Assembly: GCF_009914755.1 (NCBI RefSeq)
Contig: NC_060927.1
Strand: one strand, 5' to 3'
Source: the human T2T-CHM13v2.0 reference genome, Homo sapiens
DNA length: 64,000 nucleotides
Shown here: piece by piece, positions 29,241 through 43,876 of the stretch
How the letters are laid out: each line of letters begins with the position of its first letter
Numbering within the stretch: the stretch's first letter is position 1
Program-made: the position numbers and the translations under genes
The notes under the pieces: generated by a model
The model's input: only the letters and a program-made list of their open reading frames with translations
What the model was told of the DNA's origin: nothing
The model's database searches: none

Positions 29241-30279
29241 CATAAGGTTTTTGCATTAGTTCTGGAATAAAAAAAAAACAATCTGAACCAGGATGAATAT
29301 CAATGAAGATTATAAAATGGATTTAATAAATATTTAAAAGGTAAAATAGACAAAACTTCAAGAATAATTACATTTAAGAAGTGGTGAAAATGAAGACAGG
29401 ATAAATTCCAAATCAGTAGAACATAATAATTAAAATTGTAGATTTAAATGTTAACTCTGTCACTTTGGGCTGAGTGGCATTTCTAAGCCTTTACTCATCT
29501 GAAAAACAGAGATAATAATCATTCTTGTGTGAGCATTTAGTATAACGATGCATATAACATTGTTTGCACAGTGCCTGACATCTTGTAAGTTCTTTAAAAA
29601 TGTGACTATGACTTTTACCATTATTAAGTCATCCTCTGTTCCTATAAGATTTGTTAAATTAATTAGCAGTGCCATTGAAATCTGGTCACAAAACACCTGG
29701 GGCATACTCCATAAGAGCTCTGTAAGAAATTAAGACTATTCTAATTCTTGCTAATCACCACTAAGATAAACTTAAGTAATATTCTTAAAACAATTAAATT
29801 AAATTAAAACAATTTTATACCAAAATTTCTAAATATATTATGGCATAATTGTCATCAGTAATAAGGAATATGAGATTTTTTAAAGAAAAGCTATCAATTA
29901 CCTTTAAAATAGCTGTCAAATATTCCTTGCCATGTAATATATTTCAAAGGGGTTTTTAAAATAACATTTATTTCCTCTTCAGTCTTCCTCATTCCTTCAG
30001 CAAACACTGATTATTTTCCCTAGTGTCCTGAATAGAGATTGAAATCAATGTGGATTTGGGGTTTATGATTTGATTAGTGCACCTGAATCATTAATGATAT
30101 GAGCTCAACTCTTAAAATAGTTTGAATAAAGAGCTGCTGTTCACAGATCACACAAAGGGAGACCAACAATGCAAGCCTTCATTTCTACACATTAATATTA
30201 ACTACTAACTCATGCCCAAGGCCTTATTTCAGTAGAAAAATCAAGTGAATTCTAAAATACATAATGATGGTTATCTTTT

Positions 30280-30660
30280 TATTTTTATTCATTTATAATT
30301 TATACTTCCCATGCTTCCAAAATATATTTGAAATTGCTTTTAATAAACTCATGAGAAAATAAAAGATAAAAGCAAAAAAAAAAAAAAAAAAGATCAGAAG
30401 GAAGCAAAAGGGGTAGAAATAATTCTACCCAAAATCTAGGATCAGAGGGCAATGAGCATTGTCTTTAGCTCTGACCTTCCTGGTAGCCAAAAGAAAAAGA
30501 GAAATAATGGATCACATATTCTCACTAATTGATTAAAGGAAATGTAATAATTCCTCACATGAGAGAAACTTTCCTTGTACTAAATTTTTGAAGGCATTCA
30601 ATTTCACAGGATCTTATACAAGACACACAGACATGGAGAAATTCAGTGGGTCATTGATCC
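30280..30660 (-). mobile_element. L4 (RTE-X)-like fragment
   Basis: ttagctctgaccttcctggtagccaaa...actttccttgtactaaatt resembles the recalled L4 consensus. Confidence 0.45.
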
Positions 30661-31509
30661 TTCCAAAGCTCAGTTCACTTATACCCAGACTCTCCCAGAG
30701 AGGTGGGTAAATGTGAGTTGTTTCTAGGGGCACACCAGGAAAAGCAACCTTATTGAAGTGAGAGTGAGGGAGTTATCATTAATTCATTTATTCATTCAAG
30801 TCCTTTTCCTACTTATTTGGAATGTAAGTCTATTTCATAAGTATCATAAGAACTTCAAACTGCAAGTCATACCTGTAATTTGGGGAAGCATCATGATGGG
30901 AAGTCATCTCTGGTGGTTTCTGATTTAAAAGCCCAGAAGATAAAATTCTTACATGATTTTAATGAATCCTTCCCACCCTGCTTATCACCAGGATCAAGCA
31001 GGAAAAAGTCTTTTCTTGTTCCACATTCACCCCCCTACCCCCAAGCTGGGAAGGGGTTTGGGGAGCATAGTGGGGATGGCTGAGATGCTGGCTATGGGGG
31101 GGTCTGGCCTGGCAGCCCCTGTTCCAGGGATGGTTGCCCAGGCCTGGGGATGGCTGTCTAGGTCCCTGCCTTCTCCCCTGCATTGGAGGGATGCGGTTCA
31201 GGCTGGTTGCTGCTGTCCTTTTATGATTTTTCCTTTAAAGTTATAGATCCATAAGTTATTTTTTTCTCTCTGACTTTATCTACATAATGATACTGAGGGA
31301 AAGAAGAAAGATGAAGAGTAGGGTGAGCCTAGACTTGCTCCAGCTATGGCTAGCTGTGTACCTGTTCTTTTTGTAAAAATTTATTATCTGCTTTTGGTAA
31401 CTGTGGACTCTTCCACATGACAGCTACTTGACAGCTCCTTGTAGTAATACATTTTTCCTCTCAAGGTTCATTAATTCATCCACTGCCAGTGTTACAGGTG
31501 ATGATGTTG

Positions 31510-31960
31510 ATAATGATGATAGCAGATAACTTTTTAGTGACCATTAAATGCGTTACAGGCTTTGGGCTAGTAGCTTTATTTATTTGCAATAATAATCCCA
31601 TGAAGTGGAACTATTAAGTTATTTTGGGACTAGGAAGATCGAGGTTTACAAAGATCAGTAAATTGCCTAGAGTTACCTAGCTGGAAAATGGCAGAGCTGG
31701 GATGTGAAGTAAGTTTTGCTCACTGAAGAACCCACACTTGTAACTACCAAATTGTGGTGTACTTGGACAGCTTTGGAATTTACCATCAAAAGGAATTGGA
31801 TTTGGGGCAAGCTCTGAGAGTTCCTAGCTATATGACCTTAGGTGACTAGCAGAAATTCTAAGACTTAGTGCCTTTATTTGTAAAAATTAGAGTAATACAT
31901 TTTTACTCTCAAGGTTTTTTCTAAGAATCTGTAAGCATAGTGAAAGAATGTGGCCTTAAG
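31510..31960. mobile_element. Two MIR fragments (minus ~31510-31750, plus ~31790-31960)
   Basis: aaattgcctagagttacctagctggaaaatggcagagctggga; tatgaccttaggtgact...ttatttgtaaaaattagagtaata. Confidence 0.55.
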
Positions 31961-32059
31961 GTGATCAACATTAGTTTCTTTCCTGTTGGCAATTGCGGGT
32001 GCTACTTACATTAAATTACTGCTCTAATCTTTTAAAATTAAGATTTCTAAGGTAATGGA

Positions 32060-33445
32060 TTCCTTATTTTAAAAGTGGTTTTGTGTTTACAAAAAAAAAA
32101 TAATAAGCTGCTGGTATGGAGTTGTCATATACTCTCCTAGCCCATACACCCTTTCCCCTATTATTAACATCTTGCATTAATATGGTACATGTTACAATTA
32201 AAGAACCAATATTGACACATTATTATCAAGTAAAGTGCATATATTAAGGTTCACTCTGTATTATACAGTTTTGACAAATGCATAATGTCATGTATCTACC
32301 ATTATAATATACAGAATAGTTTTGCCACTCTGCAAATCTGTGCTCCACCTGTCTTCCTCCCAACCCCTGTAAACTCCTGCCAACTGCAGATGTTTTTACT
32401 GTATCGAAAGTTTTGCCTTTTGCAGAATGTCATATCACTGGAGTCATATGGCACGTAGGCTTTCAGATTGACTTCTTTCACTTAATAGTGTACATTTTTA
32501 TTTCCTTCCTGTAATTCTGTGGCTTGATAACTCATTTTCTAACACTGAGTAATACTCCATGATATGAGTATAACACAATTTGTTTTTCTGTTCAACTACT
32601 GAAGGACATCTTGCTTGCTTCCAGTTTGGGCAGTAATGAATAAAGCTACTATAAACATTCATGTGAAAATTTTTGTGTGGGCATGAATTTTCAGATGAAA
32701 TGGATAAATACTTAGGGGAATGGTTGTATCATTCTATGGTAAGACTACGTTTAGCTTTGCAAGAAACTGTCAAACTGTCATTCAACGTGGCTGTGTCATG
32801 TTACATTCCCTACAATGATTGGGAGTGTCTAATGTTTCACATCCTCGTCAGCATTTGGGATTGTGAATTGTATGAATTTTGTCAACTCTAATGTGTATGT
32901 ACTGGTATCTCATTTTTTTAATTTGCAATTCTCTTATGACATATGATGCTGAACATCTTTTTATATACTTATTTGCCATCTGTATGTATTCTTTGGTGAG
33001 GTGTCCAGATTTTTTTGTCCATGTTTTAATTGGATTGTTTGCTTTCTTAGTGTTGAGTTTTGGGTGTTTTGTATGTTTTAGATACAATTCTCTATTAGAC
33101 AGGTGTTTCTCAAATATTTTTCCCACTATGTGGCTTATCTATTCATTCTATTCACAGTGTCTTTGGCAGAGCAGAAGTTTTTAATTATAATAAAGTTCAT
33201 CTTATCATTATTTCATTTCATGGATCATGCCTCTGGTGTTATACCTAAAAACTCATCACCAAACCAATGGTCACCAAGATATAATTCTCTGTTATCTTCT
33301 AGAAGTTTTATAATTTCATATTTTACATTTAGATCTATGATCCGTTTTAAATTAATTTTTATGAAAAGTATTAAGTCTATGTCTAGAATCTTCTTTTTTA
33401 CATGTCGGTGTCCAATTGTTCCTTCATCGTTTGTTGAAAAAGTCC
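32060..33445 (-). mobile_element. L1MC1/2-like 3' region
   Basis: The ORF at 32848-33126(-) is a decayed L1 ORF2 C-terminus (NNPIKTW...IQMANKYIKRCS...IRELQIK); L1MC-type 3'UTR ccctattattaacatcttgcatta. Confidence 0.88.
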
Positions 33446-34229
33446 ATCTATCTGTATTATTTAAACATCTTTGTTTGTTTTTATTTGTTTTAGTTCAAAT
33501 AAGTCTATCTTGATCATGTTTTCTTTAACAGATTTGCACATATTTTTACTACTGAGAGACAGCAAATTTTAATCTATAACAAAAAGTGTGTTCCACTTTG
33601 TATGTAAGCCATTGGTAACGTTTTCTTGTTCTGTGACCTTTGGGGTCTACTTTAAAACGCAGCTTAAAAAAATGGAGTAAGAAATTGAAAATGATCTCCA
33701 AGGAAAGTCCGTGCCTCAAGGTCTTTTAAGAAAATTGTGTAAGATAATTGCTTTTCAACCACTGTCTTCAAGTGTATTCTTTCTAGCTCAAGAAAAGAAT
33801 GAGCTAGCTTGATCTTATTCTCTACCCTTCCTTTTGGCACTTCTGTTGACATCATTCTAACTAGGTGGTAGAATTCAGTCTTGCCTAGTGTATGTTTTAG
33901 GCCCTTCTTGAACTTTTCTTTAAGACTTCCACCTTACTTTGTTTTTTTCTTCCCATTAAACATAATTTCACAAAGTGCACCAAAAGCTTTTTGTATCTTC
34001 TTCTTATAATGGGTCACTGAGAAAAGTTACTGAAATATTTCACCTACTGAAAGGAACAAATGTTTATATTGTTTACACAGTACTACTGTCTCCCCCAGAA
34101 TATTCAGTTGCTTGGAGAATGTCGGCATGGGTTGGCTGGATAAACATAGAAGATAAGTTATTGTACTATCTCCTCCTAAATCTGCTACTTTTGAGATTGT
34201 CTTTTGGGGAAGGTAATACGATTGCAACC

Positions 34230-34692
34230 AATAGTCAGGATACATTGAGCTATATGTAATAAAAACCATAAACCAGTGGTTAACCAAGAATGAGATTTAT
34301 TTTCTCAAATAACAAGAGGCCTAAGTTTGGCAATTGAGATCTGGTGCAGATGTTCAAACAACCATGCTCCCTCAATCTTCCTACTTTACCATTCTTGGTA
34401 TGTGATCACAAATGGCAATTGCATGTATGGTCATTGCAGCTGGATTGCAGGAAGCAAAATAAATGTGGTGTATTTGTCATGATTAAAAGAAAATCTTCCC
34501 AGAAATTCCAGTAGACTCCTACTTACATTTCATTAGACAAAATGATGTCACAGAGCTACCTTTAACCACAAGAAATGCTGGAGAATAAAGTGTTATATTT
34601 TCAGCTGTGTGGATTGCTACCCCATGATAGTTCTTTTAATAATGAAGAAGGAACGAAGATATAAGGTCTGCTAGTTGAGAGTGTCTGTGACG
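34230..34692 (-). mobile_element. MLT1 (K/L-like) MaLR LTR
   Basis: cagtggttaaccaag...tttattttctcaaataacaag and cttacatttcattagacaaaa...gtcacagagctacc. Confidence 0.55.
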
Positions 34693-34827
34693 TGAACTGT
34701 GTCTGCTCAACTACGTTGAAGTTTGATGGCACAGAAATTGAGCAATCAAGCTCTAAAAATAGACTGAAACTACAATTTGATTTTAGTCATAATTTATATG
34801 TTACAAGGTATACAGATTCATAATTAT

Positions 34828-34990
34828 TCATCTACTTATTTATTTTAGAGACAGGGTCTTGCTTTGCCCAGACTGGAGTACAGTGGTGAAATCATAGCTC
34901 GCTGCAGCCCTGAACTCCTAGCCTCAAGGGATCTTCCTGCCTCAGCCTCACGAAGTGCTGGAATTACAGGCATGAGCCACCGTGCCCAGT
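34828..34990 (-). mobile_element. Alu monomer (FRAM/FAM-like)
   Basis: Single Alu arm flanked by the repeat cataatta. Confidence 0.85.
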
Positions 34991-35079
34991 CATAATTACT
35001 TTAATGATGAAATGGATTACTAAATTGGATTTTCCCACAGCTGTATGTTTTTAATCATGCCATATAGTAAACTGCTTTC

Positions 35080-35850
35080 TAAATAATTTTTAAATGTATC
35101 CCTCATCTCCATTTCTTCCATCACTCTCCTAAGGTAGGCTTGGCTTATTACTATTACTTTTTAATTGGTTCCCACCTTGCCAGCGCAAACCCATTCCAAC
35201 TCATTCTCCAAGTATCTGTCAGAAAGTTTGAAAGCACAAATCTGATTATGCCAAACTTGTGCCAAATCCTTTTTTTTTAATCTCCTCCTTTAGAAATCAA
35301 GCCCAAGAGTATCCACTAGAGAAAGGCACTCTCTGCCTCAGCCTCTTCCTATCACCCCGGCTTGGATTCTTACCTACTCCTCCTTTGTATCTGACGTTAA
35401 CAAAATAACTTAATAGTAGTTTTAATTCATGGGATTTCTACTGGGATTAAGTGAAGTGCTCATCCCAAGGCCTGGCACACAATCCAACAATAAGCCATAT
35501 TTCTCTAGCCTCTTCTTATTTGATGTTTCTGTCACTACAGTCCTCTTTTGTATTATTTTCCCTTCATCAGGGAAAATACTTTCATTAAACTGTAACAAAC
35601 AACTAAGAGGAAATGGTCACCTCACTTCAGATGCCATTTCTTCAAAGACATCTTTCCTGGCTTTCTTCTCTCCTCTCATAATATTGCATGACTAAATCTA
35701 TCATAGAAGCCAGCTTCTCATACTGAAATTATCTGTGTGGATTTTTGTGCATTGGACTTGCCAGCTGCTTGTATTTTCTTGACCTGTATTGTCAGTGTTA
35801 GCAGAGTGATTGGCAAATAGTAGGTGCCCCATAAATGTTTGACAAAAGTA
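35080..35850 (+). mobile_element. L2 fragments
   Basis: aaagcacaaatctgattatg and gattggcaaatagtaggtgccccataaatgtttg; approximate. Confidence 0.5.
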
Positions 35851-36522
35851 ATTATGTTATATATACATGCTCTTTAATTTAAAAGCAATTTCCTTTCAAT
35901 GTTATCAGAACTATTTTCTTTATTAATTACTTAAATTCACATAAAAATTAACTTAACCAATGAAGCAAATTGTATCTCTTGTAACACACCGAAGAAATTG
36001 CAATGCAAAAAAACAATCATTTGAAACCTCTTAGAAAAAAAGGACAACATATAATTTTGGGAGAAATGACATTGGGAGGTAAATTTTTTAAAAAACCAAC
36101 AACTCCAGATTGGAATGAAATGGAAATTATTTTTCTGTTTTAAATTTGCTTACATAGTTACAGAACTTAATCAATGTCTCCTTAGTTCTTATTCTAGTAC
36201 GGCAGGAACTAATAATTTTTTCCAGACTTGTATCTTGTTTTTATTACACTCCAATAGGATCTTTATTATGCTTTTACAAAATCTATGTTAATGTATTGTA
36301 TTCACAAGAGTGGGCTGACAATGCCACAATTCTCTTTAAATCTTAAAACCAGGAGACTCTGCAGCCTCTCTTATTTAGCAAAAAAGGAAACTGAATCCAA
36401 AGGTGTTAAGTCACTAGCCCAAGGTCACATAACAGCAATGGCAGAGCTGAGACTAGAACTAGGACATCAGGTACAAAGTATATTTTTCTGATAGAAATTT
36501 AGGAATATATTCCAAATCTCAC

Positions 36523-37322
<800 letters not shown>

Positions 37323-38399
37323 ACCCAATTAACACGTGAATTATCACATCTTACACATCATTTTTTCAAAGAAAAAAATGTTTGCTAAGCTGACAGAAGA
37401 TATTGATTACAATGAGACAAACTTATAGCATAAATTATCATATAGACTTGCATATAAAGATACAGCCTTCATTCTCAAAATATGTCTGCACAATAAAAAC
37501 CTAATATGTATTATTTGTTTCCAAAGAGTATTGATAAGTAAAGCACACAAAGATCAAACCTGTGATTACAGAAACACATTCATATATTAAAAGATCTAAG
37601 AAGCTCTTTAACCTGGTATTTTCCAAACTTGTTCTTGCACAGAAACTGCTTTCCTTTTTTTTTTCTTTTTTTCAATTGTGAAGGATGGCGTATGCCTATT
37701 AATATTGGACATACCCACAGTTAATAATTAGAAAAGATAGCATGTTAATATTGAGATTTTTGACTACTATTTAAGAAGGATACTAGGTCTGTCCATTGGC
37801 ATGAATATTATAAAGGAATTCCACTGGATTTTAGTTGTAATGATACCAATTATCAGAAAGGCCTTGAAGGCACTACCCAGTTCGTGCCCACATAAAGATG
37901 TTTTTTGACTAACTCAGAGAATAATGACTTATTGATTGGCTAAATAAATAAAAAAATGGATAAAGAGCGTCTCTATCCTGCAACCAGTACAGAGTGGGAT
38001 TATTGCAATTGAAAATGAGACTGGCTCTCCTGCTTCTTTTTATTATGCACTGCCAATCCACACTCAGCCAGGCTGTTTCTGAAAAATGCTGGTGTGAATA
38101 CACCCTTCAATATTTCTTCCACGCTGACTATACATACAATCTAGGCATAAATCATCAAAAGTAAATACCAGTGAGCACTTTAATCCTTTATAATAAATCA
38201 GGGAAATGGGGAGCCTATGCCTGATGATGAAGTTTTAGTGTAGGTCAAACCAGCAGTTTGCTGAGGAGGGAGCACTTTAAGAATCAGGAAGCGTTTTGTT
38301 AAAGACGCTGCATTCCACTGTAGGGTAGGAATTTTTTGCATGCATTTCTATCTCTTCTGATTATTAAGTGGTGCTATTGTTTTTCTTCAGCAAGCCAAA

Positions 38400-38700
38400 T
38401 CAAATAAGAACAAGTTTTTCTGAATGCCTACTACTGTTCCAAGGAGCTAAGCTAGATGCTAAGTAGGATAGAAAACAATCATAAAAACCTTCTGCCCTCA
38501 AATAATTTCTACTTAATAGGGTAGATGAGACACATATATAGATAATTTTAATACAAGGTTGAACCTTTTCAGTGTCACATGTGAAGTTTAACTTCTGCTG
38601 AAGTTAGGAAGAAAGAAAATTCAATTTTAGTTGGAGAGGTCAGGGAAAGCTTCTTGGAGTAGGTGGTATTTAAGTCAATCCTTGAAGAAAAAATCAGACT
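38400..38700 (-). mobile_element. L2 fragment
   Basis: ctgaatgcctactactgttccaagg...ctgccctcaa...tcagggaaagcttcttggagtaggtgg. Confidence 0.6.
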
Positions 38701-38997
38701 GGGGGTTTTAAAAAAATAATTTAACCAAACTAAGTGCTACCAAACACCAGGAGTTCAGTCTAGATCCCATTGTTCCCCCTCTCACAGAAAGCCAATCACT
38801 GAGACACTGAATATTGCTGGTGAAGAAGGCTTTATTATATTATGGGCAATGTGAGCCAGAGAGACATTAGCCAAACCTCAAGTCCTCCCCCTACTCCTGA
38901 CTAAAGTCAGGGGTTTATGTATTAGGTTGGTGCACAGTGATTGCAGTTTCAGATTGTGAATTTTAAATCATTATAACTAGGCTCAAACACATCTTTA

Positions 38998-40358
38998 TTA
39001 ATCAAAATAGGAACCATTATAATCAGCACCTTTTTGCCAATGAGAGATAAGTTTGTTTATTTCTGTAGCATAAAAATCTGTGCTTCAGGATGTTGTTATA
39101 GGACTTTCTCCTTAGTTCAGCTAAAAGTCATGTTCTTGTCACATGGCCATGAAATACTAGGCTCACAGACACTTTGAAGGGTGAGAAAAATAGAATATAT
39201 TGGGCAAAAAGGAGAAAAAAGGAAAACAGGAACTCTCAGCAAAGTGAGAGCCCTGCTAGATGGTTTCCCACCTCACAGACTGAATCCCAGGTACCACCTG
39301 GAACAGGAGCGGCCAGGCTCCTCCCCTCTGCAAATAACGCAAACTTCCTGAGCTCCACCCCAGTGTGCACTCCTCCCAGTGCACAGGCCAGTCAGAGGTT
39401 CTGCCAGGGGGCCCTTTTTATTTGGCTGTTCATTTGATAAACTCTTGGAAAGCATTTTCTGCATCCTACTGGTTGTGGAAACATTTTCCCTGCAAAACGT
39501 TGTGAAAATGCTTGAAGAAGTGGTAGTCGGTTGTCAAGAGGTCAGGTGAATATAGTGGATTAAGCAAAACTTGGTAGCCCAATTTGTTCAATTTTTGAAG
39601 CATTGGTTATGTGATGTGCAGTCAGACCTTGTCATAAAGAAAAACTGGACCCTTCTGTTGACCAATGCCAGCTGCAGGCATTGCAGTTTTTGGTGCATTT
39701 CATCAATATGCTGAGCATACTTCTCAGATGTAATGGTTTTGCTGGGACTCTGAAAGCTTTAATGGATCAGACTGGCAGCAGACCACCAAACAGTGACCAT
39801 GACCTTTCTTTGGTGCAAATTTGGCTTTGGGAAATGCTTTGGAGCCTCTTCTTGATTCAGCTACTGAGCTGACCGTTGCCAGATGTTGTATAAAATCCAC
39901 GTTTCATCGCACATCACAATGCAGTCAACAAATGGTTTGTTGTTGTATAGAGTAAGAGAAGACAACACTTCAAAGTGACAATTTTTTTAAAATTTTCACT
40001 CAGCTCATGAGGCACCCACTTACTGAGCTTTTTCACCTTTCCAATTTGCTTCAAATGCCAAATGATCATAGAACAGTCGACATTGAGTTCTTCCCCAACT
40101 TCTTGTTTAGTTGTAAGATGATCAGCTTCAATGATTGCTCTCAATTGCTCATTGTCAACTTCCAATTGCCGGCCACTACGCTCCTCATCTTCAAGGCTCT
40201 TGTCTCCTTCGTAAAACTTTTTGAACCAACACTGCTCGGTGCATTCGTTAGCAGTTCCTGGGCCAAATGCATTGTTGATGTTGCGAGTTGTCTCTGCTGC
40301 TTTTAAACTCGAATAAGAAAATTACTAGAATTTGCTTTTTGTCTAACATCATTTCCAT
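38998..40358 (-). pseudogene. Disrupted Hsmar1 transposase
   Basis: Starts MEMMLDKKQI, contains EVDNEQLRAIIEAD...KWVPHELSEN, ends NGSYFD*; frameshifts, stops and an LTR insertion. Confidence 0.92.
39094..39432 (-). mobile_element. MER61A-like ERV1 solo LTR inserted in Hsmar1
   Basis: Minus strand TGAACAGCCAAATAAAAAGGG...TAGCTGAACTAAGGAGAAAGTCCTATAACA, ~340 bp; Hsmar1 sequence is contiguous on either side. Confidence 0.8.
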
Positions 40359-40834
40359 AGTCTAAAATAAATATAAAATAAATAGCAAGTAATAAGTCAT
40401 CAGTAAAAAAAATAAAGTGAGAAATGCCCATTAAAATTATGTATAACATAACCACATTTATTTAAAAATGTATCCCAATATCAAATGGCAAATTTCAACA
40501 ATGCAAAAACCGCAATTACTTTTGCTTTCACCTAATAGCTTGGAAGAAGAACCAGGGCCGGGGGAGAGGAAGAGGAGCTGGTCAACAGGCAGCAGGTAGC
40601 TGAATGAGGGATCTAGCATCTCACTGTAATCACGTGCAGGAAAAAAAGGAATTATGGAGGAGCTAGGAAGAGGGTTGGTTCGACAGGCAGCAGGTGTGTC
40701 TCATTGGGTGCAGTGATCCAATCCATAAAGCCTCAGCTCCCTGGTGTCATACAGGAGGCCTGACCGTCAGTTTCCTGAGAAAAGATGTAAGTTTAAAATT
40801 AGGCTGATTTCACAAGGAAGGCAAAGGCCTGAAA

Positions 40835-41020
40835 GTAAGTGTACAAAATAAAATTCTAGATAAATTTGAACTTCAAATAAACAACCACACAAACGTGGTA
40901 TAAGAATGTACCATAAATTATTTAGGACATACCTATACTAAAAATTATTTGTTCTTTATGTGAAATTCGAATTTATCTGAGGCTACTATATTTCTATTTA
41001 TTAAATTCGGCAGCTCTACT
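40835..41020. mobile_element. MER53 palindromic hAT MITE
   Basis: taaatttgaacttcaaataaacaa ... ttgttctttatgtgaaattcgaattta. Confidence 0.7.
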
Positions 41021-41243
41021 TAAAGGAACAAAAACATGAGATATACTAGGAAAAGAGAGTGATTCAGTTGGTGTTACAGTTTATTTCCCCTAAAAAAGAT
41101 ATGTTGATTTCCAGCCCCTAGTTCCTCTCAATGTGGCCTTATTTGGAAATAGAGTCTTTAAAGGGGTGATGAAGTTAAAATGGAGTCACTAAGTTGAGCT
41201 CAAACGCAATACAACTGATGTTCTTATAAAAAGGGGAAATAGG

Positions 41244-41543
41244 GGCCGGGCGCGGTGGCTCACGCCTGAAATCCCAGCACTTTGGGAGGCCGAGGCAGGT
41301 GGATCACGAGGTCAGGAGATCGAGACCATCCTGACTAACACGATGAAACCCCGTCTGTACTAAAAATACAAAAAATTAGCTGGGCGTGGTGGCGGGTGCC
41401 TGTAGTCCCAGCTACTCAGGAGACCGAGGCAGGAGAATCCCTTGAACCGGGAGGTGGAGCTTGCAGTGAGCTGAGTTCAGGCCACTGCACTCCACCCTGG
41501 GGGACAAAGCGAGACTCCTCTCAAAAAAAAAAAAAAAAAAAAA
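41244..41543 (+). mobile_element. AluY/Sc8-like
   Basis: gatcacgaggtcaggagatcgagaccatcctg and gagcttgcag; poly-A tail. Confidence 0.93.
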
Positions 41544-41720
41544 CGGAAGTATGAACACAAAGACAAAAAAGCATCTAGCAAAGACAATGTGAAGATGGAA
41601 ACAGAAATTGGAGTTATGTTCTCATAAGTCAAAGAATTTCTGAGGCCACTGCTGGAAGGGGCAAATTAGCATCCTTTTCCTACAGGTTTGGGAGGGAGTT
41701 TGGCCCTGCCGGCAACTTGA

Positions 41721-42074
<354 letters not shown>

Positions 42075-42546
42075 GACAATAAATTTCTAAGCCACCTAGT
42101 TTGTGGTACTTTGTTTTGGCAGACTTAGGAAATTAATAGAGTTAACTATAGCCAAAGGTGTTTTGGTAAAAGGTAGGAATTTTGTGAGCTGAGGCAACAT
42201 GATAGGAGGCCTGGAATCCTCAGGAATAGTGGCTAAACTTCCTGTTTTTTGCATATTCTAAAAATATACTTAATTTCTGGTATTTATTGCAAGACTATGA
42301 AAAAGGCTAAGCCGTGGCTCTAACATATTTTATTTTCTTAGAACACTTATTTTAACACAAAAGGACATATTGTGATGTAAATGCGAAATGTTCACACATT
42401 TTCAGGACAGAATACAACTACAAACCTCTTGAAATAAATTTCAAAGTTTAGCCCCTGCTTCAGTTTATGTCCCCAAATCCTCAGAAATAATCTTTCATAT
42501 CCCTTTTTTTATTAGAAGTACTTTGATGGAAAAGTTTGAATAGCAG

Positions 42547-42725
42547 TTTTTGTTTGTTTGTTCATTTGTTTGTTTTTTTGAGACAGGGTCTCACTCTTTC
42601 GCCCAGGCGGGAGTGCCATGGTGTGAACAAGGCTCACTGCAGCCTTGACATCCTGGGCTCAAGTGATTGTCCTTGTTCAGCCTAACAAGTAGCTGGACTA
42701 CCGGCGGTCACCATTACACTGGCTA
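42547..42725 (-). mobile_element. AluJ right arm / FRAM
   Basis: gagacagggtctcactct...cctgggctcaagtgat; flanked by tgaatagc. Confidence 0.85.
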
Positions 42726-43734
42726 TGAATAGCCGTATTTAATTAGTGAAAATAAAATGTTATAACAGATACTCTTAAAATATTTTAGGTATAAGGCACA
42801 AGAATGCAAAATAATATACCCCTATACTCAAAGAGTTTATAATCAAATTCTGTAAACAAGGCACAAAAAGGAAATGTGGAGTTAAATAATTATTCATTCA
42901 AGATAATAAATTAACCAGATTTTTTTCCCTATGGATATTCAGAAATGTTATAACGATCAGGGAAAGCATCATGATGAGATATGGTCTTTAGTGGATCTAG
43001 AAGGGTGGAATAGATTCAGAATGCATGTGAAAATTCATTTCATATCATTTTGAGTAAACCACGTACAGTTTCACTCAATATTTTAAAACTGGGCATCTGT
43101 GATTGAGGGCTGCAAAACAAAGTATGTTTAAAAATATGTTTATGTTATTTTGATAATTTTGAAAATGTACTCTCACCTGAGGATGATCTACAAAGCCAGT
43201 TCAGCTGGCTCTTCAGCACTGTATTAAAAATACTCTTAGTTCTGGGGAAAAAAAAAAAAACACTTTCAGAAAACAGTTTTTGAAGAGTAACTGTGATAGG
43301 TTCCGAAGTTGGTATCTTTCCTGAGAGGACTCTAAGTGCCCTAGATTTTATATGTAAAATCATGTAGTTTGCAAGACATTGGAAAGGTGGCACTTCAATT
43401 AAACCCTTCACTCCCACCCCCAAAAGTTAAAAAATAAGTAATATCTAGAGAAAAACTGGTTATGGATCCACTGTGACTGGATAGTATTTGATCACCAAGA
43501 ACTATTTCTTTGAGAAATTTACTCTCTATCATGTACCAAATGTAGCTAGGTAATTAAGGTTTATATAGTTACAGAAGATGATAAAAATAGAGAAAATATT
43601 AAAATGTAATAAAATTGTTAAGCCAGGAATGACTAACACTATATTCTAAAGTACTGTACACTCTGAGAGATGGCTGCAATTGTTTTCCAATCTTCTTCAG
43701 TGTTAGGAAGATGGTAAAACATGATTCGTTATAG

Positions 43735-43876
43735 CTGTGCTTCTCTAACTTTAGTGTGCATGAGAAGCACCTAGGAAGATTCTAATTCATGGAGTCTGGG
43801 TCGGACCTGGCATTCTCTATTTTTAGCAAGCTTCTCAAGGATACCATGTTGATATTCTTCCCATCTTTGAATAGCA
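43735..43876. mobile_element. MER5A/A1-like MITE
   Basis: tgcttctctaactttagtgtgcatgagaagcacct...atttttagcaagct...ctttgaatagca. Confidence 0.65.

Larger units (their letters stand above)
38922..40535 (-). mobile_element. Hsmar1 mariner transposon, near full length, interrupted by an LTR
   Basis: TIRs ttaggttggtgca (38922) and accgcaattacttttgc...cctaa (40535); TA duplication at 38920-38921 and 40536-40537. Confidence 0.95.
38735..40800 (-). mobile_element. LTR47-like LTR split by Hsmar1 (pieces 38735-38921 and 40536-~40800)
   Basis: cacagaaagccaatcactgagaca...gaagaaggcttta is the reverse complement of the 3' part of the LTR at 18455-18943. Confidence 0.75.

Noticed and set aside
32673-33513. 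Overlapping ORFs up to 136 aa
   Set aside because: Sense and antisense readings of a decayed L1MC ORF2/3' region.
39914-40165. Mariner transposase ORF suggesting SETMAR
   Set aside because: Frameshifted, LTR-interrupted, bounded by both TIRs and with no SET-domain exons nearby; an ordinary dead Hsmar1 copy.
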